64,000 nt of DNA, from positions 63,922,001 to 63,986,000 of the forward strand of contig OX597818.1 in assembly GCA_951406725.2 (NCBI GenBank), in the 5' to 3' direction. Both the position numbers and the translations under genes were made by a program. Of this stretch, positions 40,981 through 54,220 are shown piece by piece. Below the pieces are notes generated by a model that did no database searches, had not been told where the DNA came from, and saw only the letters and a list, made by a program, of their open reading frames with translations. This stretch comes from Octopus vulgaris (Eukaryota). Positions within the stretch are counted from its first letter, which is position 1, and every line of letters starts with the position of its first letter.

Positions 40981-42759
40981 ACATACAAGCATACATACTC
41001 ACACACACACACACAAACACATATGAATTAGTTAGATAGACAGATATATACATACATACATAAAACACACATTTACATATATGTAGGCACGTGTGTTTGT
41101 GTATTACATATTTGCTATAACATTTTTGTTCCAAGAGCTGTAGATAGTTATATATTTCATTGAATGACATATGTAGAAAGTTGTGAATATTGAACGCCTT
41201 AATACTGCGTGTACATGAATAAAATATTAGATAATAACGCTAATCTACAGGGGCAGAAATTAATGCTAAATAGTTTCGTTTCTGTTTCATTTGATGTTCA
41301 ATGCGGCGATTTACGATAATGTAGGAGTGATATTAAGTTTCGTATTAATAGGATTAGAATCAAATAAACTGATGTCGCGGTTCTGCTGAGTATTGAATTC
41401 AAAGAATATGTTTGTTGCTTGGCTATTAAAATGCGTATTAGAATGTGTATGAGTAGATTAATGTAAGGGAGAGAAAAGACATAATTTCACTTTACAATAC
41501 TTAGGAATTCAGTATCTTATAATGTGAGGCAATAATAGCGGAATTGCTTCCAAACCCATTTTCTATTGATACAAGTTTAATGTAATATCCAGTCACATTA
41601 GGCTTCAAATTGGCCATTTCCTACATTTTATAAACATCATTGTTTATTAAGATATCTCGTTCAGAGCTCAGCTAATAAGGAATATATACATAAGAAGCTA
41701 CTCGCCAGATTTTTATATTTTCTACTGTGCTTCCACGCTTTTTCCAATAACTAAATTTTACCTGATCAATACGTCTGAGAATTTGGTTCTTGTGTGATTT
41801 ATTTAATGCGTTTCTTAATTTGTGGGAAAATCTCGAATGAATGCTCTTCAGATGTTCAGACGTAATACAACAGATACCACTTCTTATATAATTTATAAGT
41901 AAGTACATCATTAGTTGCCTATTCACCTCCAAGGGCAATAAATCAATAATTCATATATTCATTATAATTATATTTTTAAACTGATATATTTGGGCATAAC
42001 AACTGTGTAGACATAGTTCTTTATAAAGTTTCATTATTGAAATCTGCATTTTGCAGCTAATAGTTTGATTATTTTTATGTAAAGTAATCAATATATTACA
42101 AGTCCGGTGCATAATTAATGTATACACAATAAACGTATTCTGCTATAACTTTTAACAGATTGTTAATACACTTCCATGCATTGTCGAAAAGATAGCAAAT
42201 TATAAATTAAAGTAACAAATTATAGAAATACAAATAATGAATTTTTATTGATGTGCATATATCCCTTTTCTCGAAATCAGTGCCGCAGATGGAAATAATT
42301 GAAATCATTTCATAATGCACCAAAATGAAGATATGCAGCAAGGGACGATGATGAGAATTTTGGAATGGTTTTACTGAGGTAGAATATGAAGAGCATCATA
42401 ACGTGTGTATCGTTATATTACAAATAAGATGACAGCAAACAGAAACAGCCCTAATAGAAGAAGATCACTTTATAGAAGTCACATATTATTTAACAGTAAA
42501 ATCCACTCTATGGCCTGGGAAACACGTTGTCCCAAATCTCATATTATAGATAAAATTGCTTCACACATTCTATATATTATATAATCACTACATTATGACA
42601 GAATATTGAATCACATTGTATAATATCGTAGGGAGAGCAAGCATTTGATTTACGGATACCATCACAATAACAAGTGTTCGCAGTTAACCGTAAGATAGAA
42701 GCGAGCCTTTAAAAATAAGCTTGCTACAAATTCTTCTACAACAACAAAATTTATAGACT

Positions 42760-44071
42760 CATTTTTCTTTTCACCAAAAGTTGTGATATAACAAGTGTAA
42801 CAAATTATAGAGGAATTACTCTGGTCCCAACTGCAGCAAATGTTTGTAACAAACTTCTGATTAATAGGATGGTGCCAATGCTCGATCCCCTTCTTCGTAA
42901 GAATCAGGATGTATTTAAAACGGGCCGGTCAACAACTACTCAAATTCTCTCCATCCATCGCATACTGGAAGGAATGAAAATGTTTAACAATCTGCTTTGT
43001 CGACTTTAGCAAAGCATTTGATTACATCAGCTGAGGAATTCTTGCACTCCACGGTATTCCTCCCAGGATTGCTGATGCTGCCAGAGCGCTGTACATAAAC
43101 ACCACTGCCTCAGTTACATCTCCTGATGGAGAGAGTAATTTCTTTGAAGTTGAAGCAGGTGTTCTGCAGGGTGACACACTCGCTGCTCTCTTATTCATTT
43201 TTGTTTTCGGCTATGTTCTAAGCATTTCTTTAGACAGTATGGATGAAAAGGGACTCCTTTTGAACACCCATCAGAGCAGTCGGCATTGTGCACAATATTT
43301 AATTGATTTTGACTTTGCTGACGATCTTGCCTTTATATCCCATTGTATTAATGATGTAGAATATTTGTTACAAGCACTGGAAAAAGCAGCAAATCAGGTC
43401 GGCCTTTACTGTAACGAGAGTAAGATAGAATTTATCACGAGTTTATCAAGACCTCCTCCTAGTTAACTGAACATAAATGGCTCAATAATATATCAATCAA
43501 AACTTTGACGATTTTAAATATCTTGTATCACACATAGTAGACTCTGAAAAGGACTTTCGCATCAACAATGCTCTTGCTTGGGATACATGTAACAGACTTG
43601 ATAAGATCTGACATTCCATCCACGTTAAAAGTTAAAATATTTACAACACTGATTGAGCTGATCCTTATCTCTGTATCAGAGATCTGTACCTTATCGGCTC
43701 TCTTAGAAAAACAAGTTGATGTAACATATACGAACCTGCTCAGAAAGATACAATACAACATTCGGAGATCACGCCCAACACTTAGTAACAACTACGGAAT
43801 TACAATACAAATATCCCTCAAGCTGAAATCAGAAACGGCTTCAATATGCTGGCCCCTGTCATCGAACTAAGAAAGAGCTTATTTCATCTCTGATCCTATG
43901 GCATCCCTCTGTATGTTTATCTCCAGGAAACTAACATTTCCAGATACTATATCTCGGGACTCAGGGCTGGATATAAGAGATCTGAACACAGCATTGCAGA
44001 CTGTGTAGTGGGGAAAGGGATTGTCAATGGAGTTCCGACCAGTCTTAAGTTGGTTGAAGGATGATGATGAT
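42760..44071 (+). pseudogene. decayed RTE/RTEX-like LINE (RT domain to 3' tail)
   Basis: Frameshifted motifs NYRGITL, KNQ..FKTGRSTT.QI, FVDFSKAFD, AGVLQGDTLA, DFDFADDLA and FKYL; ends in (GAT)n at ~44059-44070. Confidence 0.85.
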
Positions 44072-44558
44072 AGATTCATGCCCATGTAAGCAGTATATCA
44101 AAAGCTAAAAACATTTTTCATTTTTTGTCATAGGTTGACGTCGTAAAATTTAGGAGAGGTGTTGTTCGATTACATTGACCCCAGCTCATGCTTTTTTGAC
44201 AGAGGGAAGAAAAAAAAGGGATTTAAGCACAGAATGTATAGATATATGATTAAAAGTTTCCGGTAATTTGCAATGTTTGTAACTTACGTACAAATGAAGA
44301 ACAATCTTTGGAAGGGATTAGCTGTTTAAATGAAACCATGTATGTGAGAGGCAGATTAAAACCTACAATTTTATTGAGAAAGAAATGAGGAAACTGTAAG
44401 GTAACCATTGTGAAATTTCAACTTAATATGTAGTCCAACAAAAGATATTATAAATCATATTTTTCGATGCGCTGACAATTCTCAAATCCAATATCAATAA
44501 ATGTTTCCAGTTTGGCCTATCAGTATCTAATCAGGGCAAATATATCATTTTAGAACAA

Positions 44559-44780
44559 GCTGGCAGAAACGTTAGCACACCGGAAGAAATGCGTAGCCGT
44601 ATTTCGTCTGCCGTTACGTTCTGAGTTCAAATTCCGCCGAGGTCGACTTTGCCTTTCATCCTTCCGGGGTCGATAAATTAAGTACCAGTTACGCACTGGG
44701 GTCGATGTAATCGACTTAATCTCTTTGTCTGTCCTTGTTTGTCTCCTTTGTGTTTAGCCCCTTGTGGGTAGTAAATAAAT
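44559..44780 (+). mobile_element. SINE family B with 19-bp TSD
   Basis: ATATATCATTTTAGAACAA at 44540-44558 and 44781-44799. Confidence 0.92.
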
Positions 44781-45889
44781 ATATATCATTTTAGAACAAA
44801 TGGGACATTTTAGTTTAGGTCATTTGCGTTTCAATAGTAAAACAAAAGAAGAGAAAAATAATTATATTATAATAAAATGGAAGGAAATTAAATTATGAAA
44901 AATGTATAGGTATAATATAAGATCGAATATGTATAATTGCCCGAAACGTGGCCTAAATTCCCTCGTGTAGTACTGCATCACACGTTAAGTCAGTTGATGC
45001 TGTATATCTGAAGAATTCTAGTATGTCACCTACGGTTATTACGTCTTCTCAATCCACGAGATTCGTTAAGCATTGAAACCAAATCACGCTTGCATCTGTT
45101 ACTGATCTTTTGTAACTAAATTCAGGCATATGCTTTCGCTTTTTAGATATATGCTGGCTTTCGGTTTGAACTCATTTAATTTTGTCGACCCTTAAAAGTT
45201 ACATTACATGGCATTGTCTCTCTAACAATATATTTCTTTCTGTTTTATTTCTTCGTTTTCTATTATTTTTTTATCCTACTGTTTCACACAGCGGAGCGTA
45301 GAAGAAAGGAACGTCTACTTTCTGATTTTCATTTTTCTATAAGTGAGCTTTATGTAGTTAGATTGTTTCACATTCAATATTCCCTCTGGTTGTTCTAATA
45401 TATTATACGTAATATCATTTGTGACGAATACAATTTACGGATGTTACTTGAAGCTGCATCGAAATGTCTAAAATTACAGAGGGCTCTCTAAATGTGTTTG
45501 AAGAATCATGTTTATATTAAGTGTCTACGGCCAGTAGAGTAAGCTTCAAATTTGCATGAAATGAAGAATTATGTTGATGGAAAAGTTATCGCTTGGTCAA
45601 GGTTACATACGCTGCATGTTATATGCACATCCATGATTTCCTCCAATATAAATAGCTGTGAATTCTATATTTTTGATATCCTTAGTAGAATCTATAGAAT
45701 TTCAAAATTCGAATCTGCTATGCACACGATCTTCGCAACTACTACGTAACCGAAAAAGTTCTCATTAGTCTCTCTCAGTATCATTTTTTCTTACTTTTCG
45801 AGCAGGATTATATGTTATTAACCGCGAAATGACTCACTGAAAACTTCGCTTTTGTCTTTTATGTAATCAACAAAAACTTTTAGGGCACT

Positions 45890-46050
45890 TTTTAAACATA
45901 TAGATAACATTTTATCCTGAAACATGAAGATAGCACTTTGTCTTGAAACATAAAGATAACATATTATCTTGAAACATAAATATACCACTATATTTTTAAA
46001 CATAATGTTAACCCTCATCTTGAAACAAAGATAACACCTTATCTTGAAAG
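45890..46050. repeat. ~26-bp minisatellite, about 6 degenerate units
   Basis: Recurrent TTATCTTGAAACATAAAGATAAC-like unit. Confidence 0.75.
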
Positions 46051-47011
46051 CAGCTGACAAAACACACCAAAACTGTAGCGGAATATAGCGACCGACAGTA
46101 ATGACACAAAACCACAATCTTACAATCAGAGAAACTTTATAGGAAAGAACAATGCCTAGCCATAAATATATGGAGATATAATGAAAAGCAATACCCTATA
46201 CTAGTGCGGATACTCCAGGAGGACGTTACATTTGGCTACGTCATGAACATCGTGACGACTCGTCATGAATGTGAAAGGGCCTTGTAATGGGTGTGAAAGT
46301 GAGTCGTCATGTGTGGGAGAGAAATAAATGAGGATATAGATTTTACAGACAGCATAATGGTCTGCAGTGCCATGTGCCAATAATTATACGTGGAACTGGT
46401 TGAAAGACGTGTGAAGTATAAGATACCAGTTTCTATGACAAAGTTCTTGCGATTATCATGGGATGCACGCCTCTGTGATGCAAGTATGAGAAAAGGAATC
46501 AAAACCTTCAATTACCATTTTCAAAATAACGATGAATTTGTATGATTAACATAATGGATATCGTAATTGTTTTCAGCCAAAGCCTTGCACAAAAACATCG
46601 ATAAACGTCGAAGCCCAACAACAGAACATCAGGAATCTGCAAGGTGTAGACACGGGAGGCTTCACAAAACGTCTAGACAGTTTTTTTTGTCTGCAAAACA
46701 GGATGAACCCATATCACGGCTGAAGGTAGTAAATGCGATACACCTGCTTGGCCTCAGGCTCTGACTGAAAGCCATAGAAGATAATGGATAAAGGATAATC
46801 TGATGAAATATAAGTAATTTCAAATTCAAATAGCGCAAAGTAGTTAATGAAAAATAAGAAGCTATATGCATTCTTTTGGCTGCTAATTATGGAAGAAAGG
46901 AAAATGATTTAAAGAAACACGCGTACAAACATACACACAACTACACGCAACACACAAAGAAAACACACATACGCACACATAAACAACGCACATATACACA
47001 GGGAGAGCATA

Positions 47012-47167
47012 CCGTCTAAATAGATGGGAAATGAGGTTATTATCTGGGCCCATCGTTCCACAGAGGTTAGTCCATTTGATTTCTTTTCCTGGGGTATCCT
47101 AATGTAAAATGTGCATTCAATGGAAATCATGGGAATGAACCATGTGATAGATTGCATTACCCGCGCG
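47012..47167 (+). pseudogene. Tc1/mariner-superfamily transposase relic
   Basis: PSK*MGNEVIIWAHRSTEVSPFDFFSWGILM*NVH matches the WPPRSPDLxPxDFFLWGxLK motif. Confidence 0.7.
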
Positions 47168-47482
47168 AACACACACACGCACACACACACACAGTCACAA
47201 AAACACACACACACACACTAACGCACGCACACACATACGTATGCAATCCAAATTTACAGAAAACAAAAGACAAAGACAGTTGAAGGAAAAACAAGCAAGT
47301 AGTTTAACGCTCGTGTAAAATGGGAAAGTCTTTGACGTAGAGCCTAAGCTCTTCTACAGAAACGGTTAAGAGTAAAAACGAAAGCGGAAAGAGAAAAAGA
47401 TGTGTATGGGATTCATGGTTCAACATCGATCATATACGGAGATCAGAGTTCGAATCCCACCGCTGCCAAGGTATCATTTTTA

Positions 47483-47647
47483 GGCGCAGAAGTGGCTGTG
47501 CGATAAGTAGCTTGCTTACCAAACATATGGTTCCGGGTTCAGTCCCACTGCGTGGCACCTTGGGCAAGTGTCTTCTACTAAAGCCTCGGGCCGACCAAAG
47601 CCTTGTAGGTGGATTTGGTGGACGGAAATTGAAAAATGCCCGTCGTA

Positions 47648-47704
<57 letters not shown>

Positions 47705-48012
47705 ATAATAATTTGAGGGAATATTATTCCTAACTTACATTGAAAAATTCAATTTAGAAATATTAAATCAAATTTCACAAAATATAATGTATATATAAAA
47801 ATTAGAAACAAACACCTTTTATCAATTCAAAATGAACAATTAAATTACACCATCTAGAAAATTATATATAATAGAAATATTAAAAATAAAATACCAATAA
47901 TATACCGATGATTAAGTAAATTGCAAAATAATAATAACGTATCTATGTGTGTGTGTGTGTGTGTGTGCGCATGTTTGTGCGTCTGTGTTTCTCCCCCAAA
48001 CATTACCTGACC
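47483..48012 (+). mobile_element. SINE family A, interrupted in its internal microsatellite by ~240 bp of AT-rich DNA (47701-47940) and 3'-truncated
   Basis: Head 47483-47650; body resumes at ~47941 as (TG)n..GTCTGTGTTTCTCCCCC. Confidence 0.8.
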
Positions 48013-48408
48013 ACTACGTAACTGAATGACACTAATTATTCCCTGCTCTGGGTTCTGGGGTTTTACTGCTCCGTTTTAGGGCTTCCCTTCCTCTTCCATA
48101 TCTTCGTATTTTTTCTGTTCTTATGTGTATCTCTTTCCCTGTACCGAAACACACTAACATCAGAAACTATATCTCTCCACAACATACAGCATAAATATAT
48201 CATGATAATTTGATTTCGAACAATTCTCTAGCTTATCTATTTCATGATATTTTCTCTTTCAGTTGTTACTGACTAATGCCGATTTATGGTCAAATACATT
48301 CCCTTCCATCAGATGAATTTCGGTAACAATGGTTCTACCCGTACTGGATGACCCACCACCAGTATACAACTAAAACTGTTTTCCTGCATGCAGTCCTGCC
48401 CACTGTAT

Positions 48409-48411
<3 letters not shown>

Positions 48412-48441
<30 letters not shown>

Positions 48442-48564
48442 CTTCTTCTTCTTCTTCTTCTTCTTCTTCTTCTTCTTCTTCTTCTTCTTCTTCTTCTTCT
48501 TCTTCTTCTTCTTCTTCTTCTTCTTCTTCTTCTTCTTCTTCTTCTTCTTCTTCTTCGTCTTCTA

Positions 48565-48607
<43 letters not shown>
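48412..48607. repeat. long (CTT)n tract followed by (TAA)n
   Basis: Direct reading; ~150 bp of nearly pure CTT. Confidence 0.95.
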
Positions 48608-49068
48608 GATGGGCTACAGCAAATATTCTGCTCTATACCACAGATTTGCTTGTCAGTTGTTTGACCTTAACCAGTTGAGCATGTCCCTTAGTGGCTGACG
48701 ATATGTGCATCTCTGATCACGAGCAAAAGTAGTGGGGGAGCATCATAGCCATGTGTTGAGAGTGATTCTTTGGGGTTTGAATAATTCACCTCTGGAAACA
48801 TGGGTGGTTCTTTCAACATCCTTAAACAACCCTTATTCAGGGACCTTTTGAGCGGGATGGGCTACTCAACCTGAAGAAAATTCTAACTGGGCCCCACCTG
48901 CAAGGTCATGTGCTGTTTATCTTGATATGAGATCACCATGTCGCGCACATATGGTTGTGATGCATGTGCCTGGTGTACCTTTATCAGACGGGTAGTCATG
49001 ATGGGTATATTGGGCTTCGTATATTTTACCCCAGTGTCACTTTGATGGCATGAACTGCTCTCTCACTC
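48608..49068 (+). mobile_element. dispersed repeat family E, flanked on both sides by (AAT)n
   Basis: Complex sequence between two TAA arrays; homologous to 29990-30182. Confidence 0.65.
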
Positions 49069-49128
<60 letters not shown>

Positions 49129-49129
49129 C

Positions 49130-49220
<91 letters not shown>

Positions 49221-49229
49221 CATCACCAC

Positions 49230-49286
<57 letters not shown>

Positions 49287-49312
49287 TATTATTATCATTA
49301 CTATACTATTAC

Positions 49313-49369
<57 letters not shown>

Positions 49370-49372
49370 GAT
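49069..49372. repeat. compound microsatellite (AAT)n-(TTA)n-(CAT)n-(TTA)n
   Basis: Direct reading; strand switch at ~49129. Confidence 0.95.
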
Positions 49373-52070
49373 TATATGCGGCTCTTCTTCCCGTTCACCT
49401 CCATGTACTTCACTTTCGTCTTCTCCTGATCGTTTTCCTCCCCTTCCTTCCTTTTCTCCTCCCTATTACTATACGTATTAACCCTCATGATTTCACACTC
49501 TCCGCATAATATCTAACCCAAATGCACAACCCGCATCCACCTTTTCAATCTTTTCTTTTTTTATTTCCGCCCGATATGTATGTAGACAGAAGGTCTAAAA
49601 GACGCACATTGTAATAGCACACCTTTGATGCAAGTCTAATGAAGTGCCTCTCCAATTCTCCCTGATTTTTCATTTAGAATTTTCACATAAACAGGCATTG
49701 CGAATGGAGATGATGCGGAAATATTTGTAACTTATAACCAAAGATTTCTTAAATAATTTTCTTTGTCGTCTTCTTTTTATTGGATTATACACATATGATC
49801 GATGCCCATATACGTTTTCCAATTTAATGTTCTACTGATGTGCAGAGCACCGCACCAAATTACAAGAGAATCATACGTGCGTACGATATTCATAAAATAT
49901 GTTATGAAAAGAATAATTCTAAGTAATGTAAATAGATATACACACTACAACATTGAATTTCGTTTGAAAAGATTGAAGATTTAAAACAAGAAAAACTCTT
50001 GAATTCTCTTTCCTGAAATTGCATATTCTTGGAAGGACAACAATTAAGGTTTATTATTTTAACTATCTACACAGTCAACTGCGCTAATCACATCAGTATC
50101 AAATCAGATCTGTTTAACTAACATAGCAAATTTATATTTCACTGAGAAACAATAGCACTGCTCCTGTATATATCGAAACAATTAAAGGTACGTCATCGAC
50201 AAACAATATAAATTAACTAGGCAGAGTATGACGCAAATTATGATTTAATAGTAACTCAATGAGTAAATTATTTCTATACTTTATATGTATATTCTAGCTA
50301 TTAACACGAGATAGACTTCTTTTATTAAAATTGATACTTAAACATAGTGAATGTGATTTTTCTATGTAATCGTTAAAATATCTGTTCATTCTAGTTATTG
50401 ATTTTTTGCCATGAATAAAATTTCGCATAATTACACTTTTATAATACTCGTTTAATATTTCAGTATATTACTAAACGTAATGGCAGTGTTAATGTATAAT
50501 GCGTGTAATTATTGTGATTAGTGTTAAAATACTATTTAGTAAGACGTTTAAATCAAGTGATAGGGAAAGTGAATGAAGTCTATAGATTCCTTGAGTGATG
50601 TAGTTATATTCACCTCTGTCTCTATTATTAAGAAACAGGTAATTGGTCTAAGTCTTAATAAATGCCGTGTGCTGCCAACTAAAACTACAGTATTCGAAAT
50701 CAATTATTATGTAACAAAACTGAATGGTAGTCAAAATTATTTAACTCGACAAAAATATGTGGCATAATTTTAGATAGAACGCAAACAATTATTTAATAAC
50801 AAAGCAAATTTGACTAAAATCGCATCATTGATAGCGTTTGCTGGCACAGGCGCGCAAGTTTAGATTGTATATGTTTCACTGTTTATTTTTTACGGAATCC
50901 TCTACATATTCAAATGATGAAGTATGTTTGTCAAAAACTAGTGTCCTATGAAATAGTTTAGATTGATCAAATGCATTAAAGAAGGTTTATGAGCAACATT
51001 ACCTTTGCTATTTTTATAGGTATAATTGCATCCTTAACGGTTTCTGAGCGACTGAGTGATATCCTGCAAACGATGAAGCAGAAAGATGCACGAAAACGTC
51101 TCCTAAGTTTCCATGACTCTACTCAGATCTGAAGCTAATGTGTGTATTTCCAGAAGTCTAAGAGGATAACATTGTCCTGGGACTCTTCCCTCAGCGAATG
51201 ATCTTGTCACGTCCAATTACATTTGAACGTGTTAAACATGACCTTATAGGAATATATTTTATTCATTGCTTCTCCGCGCGGTGTTAGTAATTTAAACAAT
51301 GTTACAATACACTTTTTTCGTGTATGCCTATCAGTTCAGACGAATCTGCGTGTGAAGGCCGTGAATAGGAAACTGATTATTGAACCCGTTCATTAAGTAT
51401 TCTATAATGAAATATAAAGCGAAAATTTGCAGGTTCAGTGTTGGTAATGTTTTTTAATGGTTGAAACAAATTAGCAATTACAGATAATTAATTATGCTTT
51501 CCGAACGTATTTTTATATTTTATTTTATAATTTATAGAAAACAAAATAATGTGATTATTGATAAATTTATGTTTAAACACTGCGTCAAGAATACTGATGC
51601 TTATTAATTGTTCACGGGGAACAGTATTTCACAGGTAGAAACACTGAATTTTATAATATACCTGTTTCGTTGATCGCACCAAGAAATCTTATAATTGACA
51701 CCTCGTGCAACAAAATTTTACACAAGTTTTCAAAAGTCTTAAACACTTATGGCGTGCAAATTAGAAGCTCCATATTTCTCTAACAACTAAGGTTGCTGTG
51801 CTTATAATTAGATTTGCTAATTGTTTCCGAGAGTAGGTTAAATGATGTTAAAGATCTAATGAAACCGCAATAGGGTTATTTTTTTTCTTTGCTCTACGGA
51901 ATTTTGTCTCGACGAAAATTTTGGCATTATATTACAAAAATACAATATTTACTAGAATGTAACGCTTTTCCTGTTACTGAATGGCTAATGTGCGTCTTCA
52001 GGGCTTCGATCATGCTAGTTTCAACACATAGTTTCCGATCAAAATGGTTGCAGTGAAAGTAGAACTAATC

Positions 52071-52174
<104 letters not shown>

Positions 52175-52293
52175 CCAATCTATCTAAATATTCATACATA
52201 CATGTGTGTGTATGTGTTTGTGTGCAAGTATATATATATAATAGAAAAAATTGAAGTCAACACGAAGGAGTATATTTCAATATTTATTTTTTA

Positions 52294-52403
52294 ATCTCTA
52301 CAATTGTTTCCACGCAAGGTAGTTACTTGTCCAGGTGTGTAGGTACTTGCTTATGCAAATCTTTCCCAGCATTATAAGAACTAGTGGTGTTTCCTCAGGT
52401 AAT
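52294..52403 (-). ncRNA. hammerhead-like motif, long-stem-II family, copy 2
   Basis: AUUAC-CUGAGGA, ~80 nt, then GCGUG-GAAA-CAAUUG-UA-GAGAU and AAUAAA. Confidence 0.45.
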
Positions 52404-52760
52404 ATGTAAATCTTTTATCCGTATGTTTAAAATCCTCGTCTTCAAGAACATTCGCTCGGTCTGGCCTTAATTTAGTAGTACCCTATTCTTTTGACCCCGA
52501 GTTTTTCAATTTTGTTCAAATATCTATTCACACACAGTTGCCTAAATGTAAACCTGGAAGTACGTAAAATAGCACTTCTGGATAGCACAGAGCAATTCTG
52601 AATGTAGAAGAGCATTATACCGTAATCGCCTACGTTTTTAACAAAATACAACTACGTTCTTAAAGAAAGTATACCATAACTACGTATGTATGTAAGTATG
52701 TATATGTATGTATGTATTTATGTATGTATGTATATATGTATGTATATATATGTATGTATA

Positions 52761-54139
52761 GAGACAGACCCTATACGTGGCCTTCATCGACCTGGCTAAG
52801 GCGTTCGACTCAGTCAGCAGGGAGGGGCTGTTTGCGCTCCTGGGTAGGATAGGTTGCCCTCCCAGACTGCTGAAACTCATTACCTCCTTTCACGACGGTA
52901 TGCAGGGAACAGTGCAGTTTGACGGATCGCCCTCGGAGTTGTTCCCCATCCAGAGTGGAGTGAAACAGGGTTGCGTTCTGGCGCCGACGCTCTTCGGAAT
53001 TTTCTTCTCCCTTGTCCGGTCCTATGCCTTCAGAACGTCCGACGACGGAGTGTTCCTCCACACCAGAGCTGATGGTGGATTGTTCAATCTTGCGCGCCTC
53101 AGAGCTAAGACCAAAGTCCGTCAGGTGCTGATCAGAGAGATCCTCTTTGCTGACGATGCCGCCCTAACATCACACAACCAACCGGGTCTCCAGAGACTGG
53201 TCAGCTCCCTGGCGGATGCCTGCCAAGAGTTCGGCCTTACCATCGGCCTGAAAAAGACAGAGATCATGGGCCAGGACGTCGGAGGGGTCCCCAGCATCAG
53301 TGTCGGCGACCACAGCTTGCAGGTGGTGAACGAGTTCACTTACCTGGGATCGACGGTCTCCAGCAGCCTGTCCCTCGAGCCGGAGCTGAACAGATGGATT
53401 CGGAAGGCTGCTGCTGCCATGGCTAAGCTCTCCAAGAGAGTGTGGGAAAACAACATGCTCACAATAACCACCAAGATCGCAGTGTACCGAGCCTGCGTGC
53501 TGAGCACCCTACTCTACGGCAGCGAGAGCTGGACAACATACACCCGGCAAGAATGCCGCCTCAGCGGCTTCCACATGCGGTGTCTTCGACGGATCCTTGG
53601 CATCTCCTGGAAGGACCGAGTACCAAACGGAGTCATCCTAGAACAGACTAATATGCTAAGCATGCATGCCTTCCTCGTGCGGAGACGACTGTGCTGGCTC
53701 GGACACGTCTGCCGCATGCAGGACGGTCGCATGCCTAAAGACATCCTGTACAGCGAACTCACCACGGGATCCCGACCCAAGGGACGTCCACAGCTACGAT
53801 ACAGGGATGTGTGCAAGCGCGACGTGAGGACTGCCAACATCTGTGTGGACACGTGGGAGGTAACAGCTGCTGAGCGCTCTGCCTGGTGTCGGACAGTGAG
53901 GGAAGGCATTTCCATGGCTGAGGAAAGGAGAGCACAGCTGTGGTCGGACAGGCGGGACAGGAGGAGGACAACTGCAGCAATACCCCACACGTACCCATCG
54001 AGGTTCGTGTACAGCAACTGTACCAGGGACTGCCACTCTAGAATTGGACTGTTCAGTGACAGCAGACGCTGCTCATCATCAAAGTAGGCCCCACCCTTGG
54101 CGCGACCCATTGTCTATCAAGACAGACGGGAAGAGAGAG
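52761..54139 (+). mobile_element. 5'-truncated RTE (BovB-like) LINE
   Basis: GC-rich block in AT-rich surroundings; RT ORF; 3' UTR hairpin TGTCT-ATCA-AGACA; weak candidate TSD ATATGTATGTA at 52748-52758 and 54140-54150. Confidence 0.92.
52777..54087 (+). CDS. RTE-clade LINE reverse transcriptase, C-terminal part (open frame, lacks endonuclease and N-terminus)
   Basis: AFIDLAKAFDSV, GVKQGCVLAPTLF, LFADDAAL, FTYLGS, LLYGSESWT, RL.WLGHV.RM...R.PK..LY.EL..G.R..GRP; the terminal zinc-finger-like motif is degenerate (YSNC...DSRRC). Confidence 0.9.
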   Translation: MAFIDLAKAFDSVSREGLFALLGRIGCPPRLLKLITSFHDGMQGTVQFDGSPSELFPIQSGVKQGCVLAPTLFGIFFSLVRSYAFRTSDDGVFLHTRADGGLFNLARLRAKTKVRQVLIREILFADDAALTSHNQPGLQRLVSSLADACQEFGLTIGLKKTEIMGQDVGGVPSISVGDHSLQVVNEFTYLGSTVSSSLSLEPELNRWIRKAAAAMAKLSKRVWENNMLTITTKIAVYRACVLSTLLYGSESWTTYTRQECRLSGFHMRCLRRILGISWKDRVPNGVILEQTNMLSMHAFLVRRRLCWLGHVCRMQDGRMPKDILYSELTTGSRPKGRPQLRYRDVCKRDVRTANICVDTWEVTAAERSAWCRTVREGISMAEERRAQLWSDRRDRRRTTAAIPHTYPSRFVYSNCTRDCHSRIGLFSDSRRCSSSK

Positions 54140-54148
54140 ATATGTATG

Positions 54149-54220
<72 letters not shown>

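Noticed and set aside
45890-46050. Short palindromic repeats resembling a CRISPR array
   Set aside because: No unique spacers, units contiguous and degenerate, eukaryotic context, no cas genes.
47330-47362. Minus-strand UUU-CUGUAGA-AGAGC/GCUCU-ACGUC-AAAG, hammerhead-like
   Set aside because: A6 is substituted and GAA is missing; at best a dead relic.
47440-47468. tRNA-like GAGTTCGAATCCCACCGCTGCCA
   Set aside because: Only a T-arm/B-box fragment; no D-arm, anticodon arm or acceptor pairing. Probably a SINE head remnant.
53514-54110. 198-aa minus-strand ORF
   Set aside because: Antisense shadow of the GC-rich RTE ORF.
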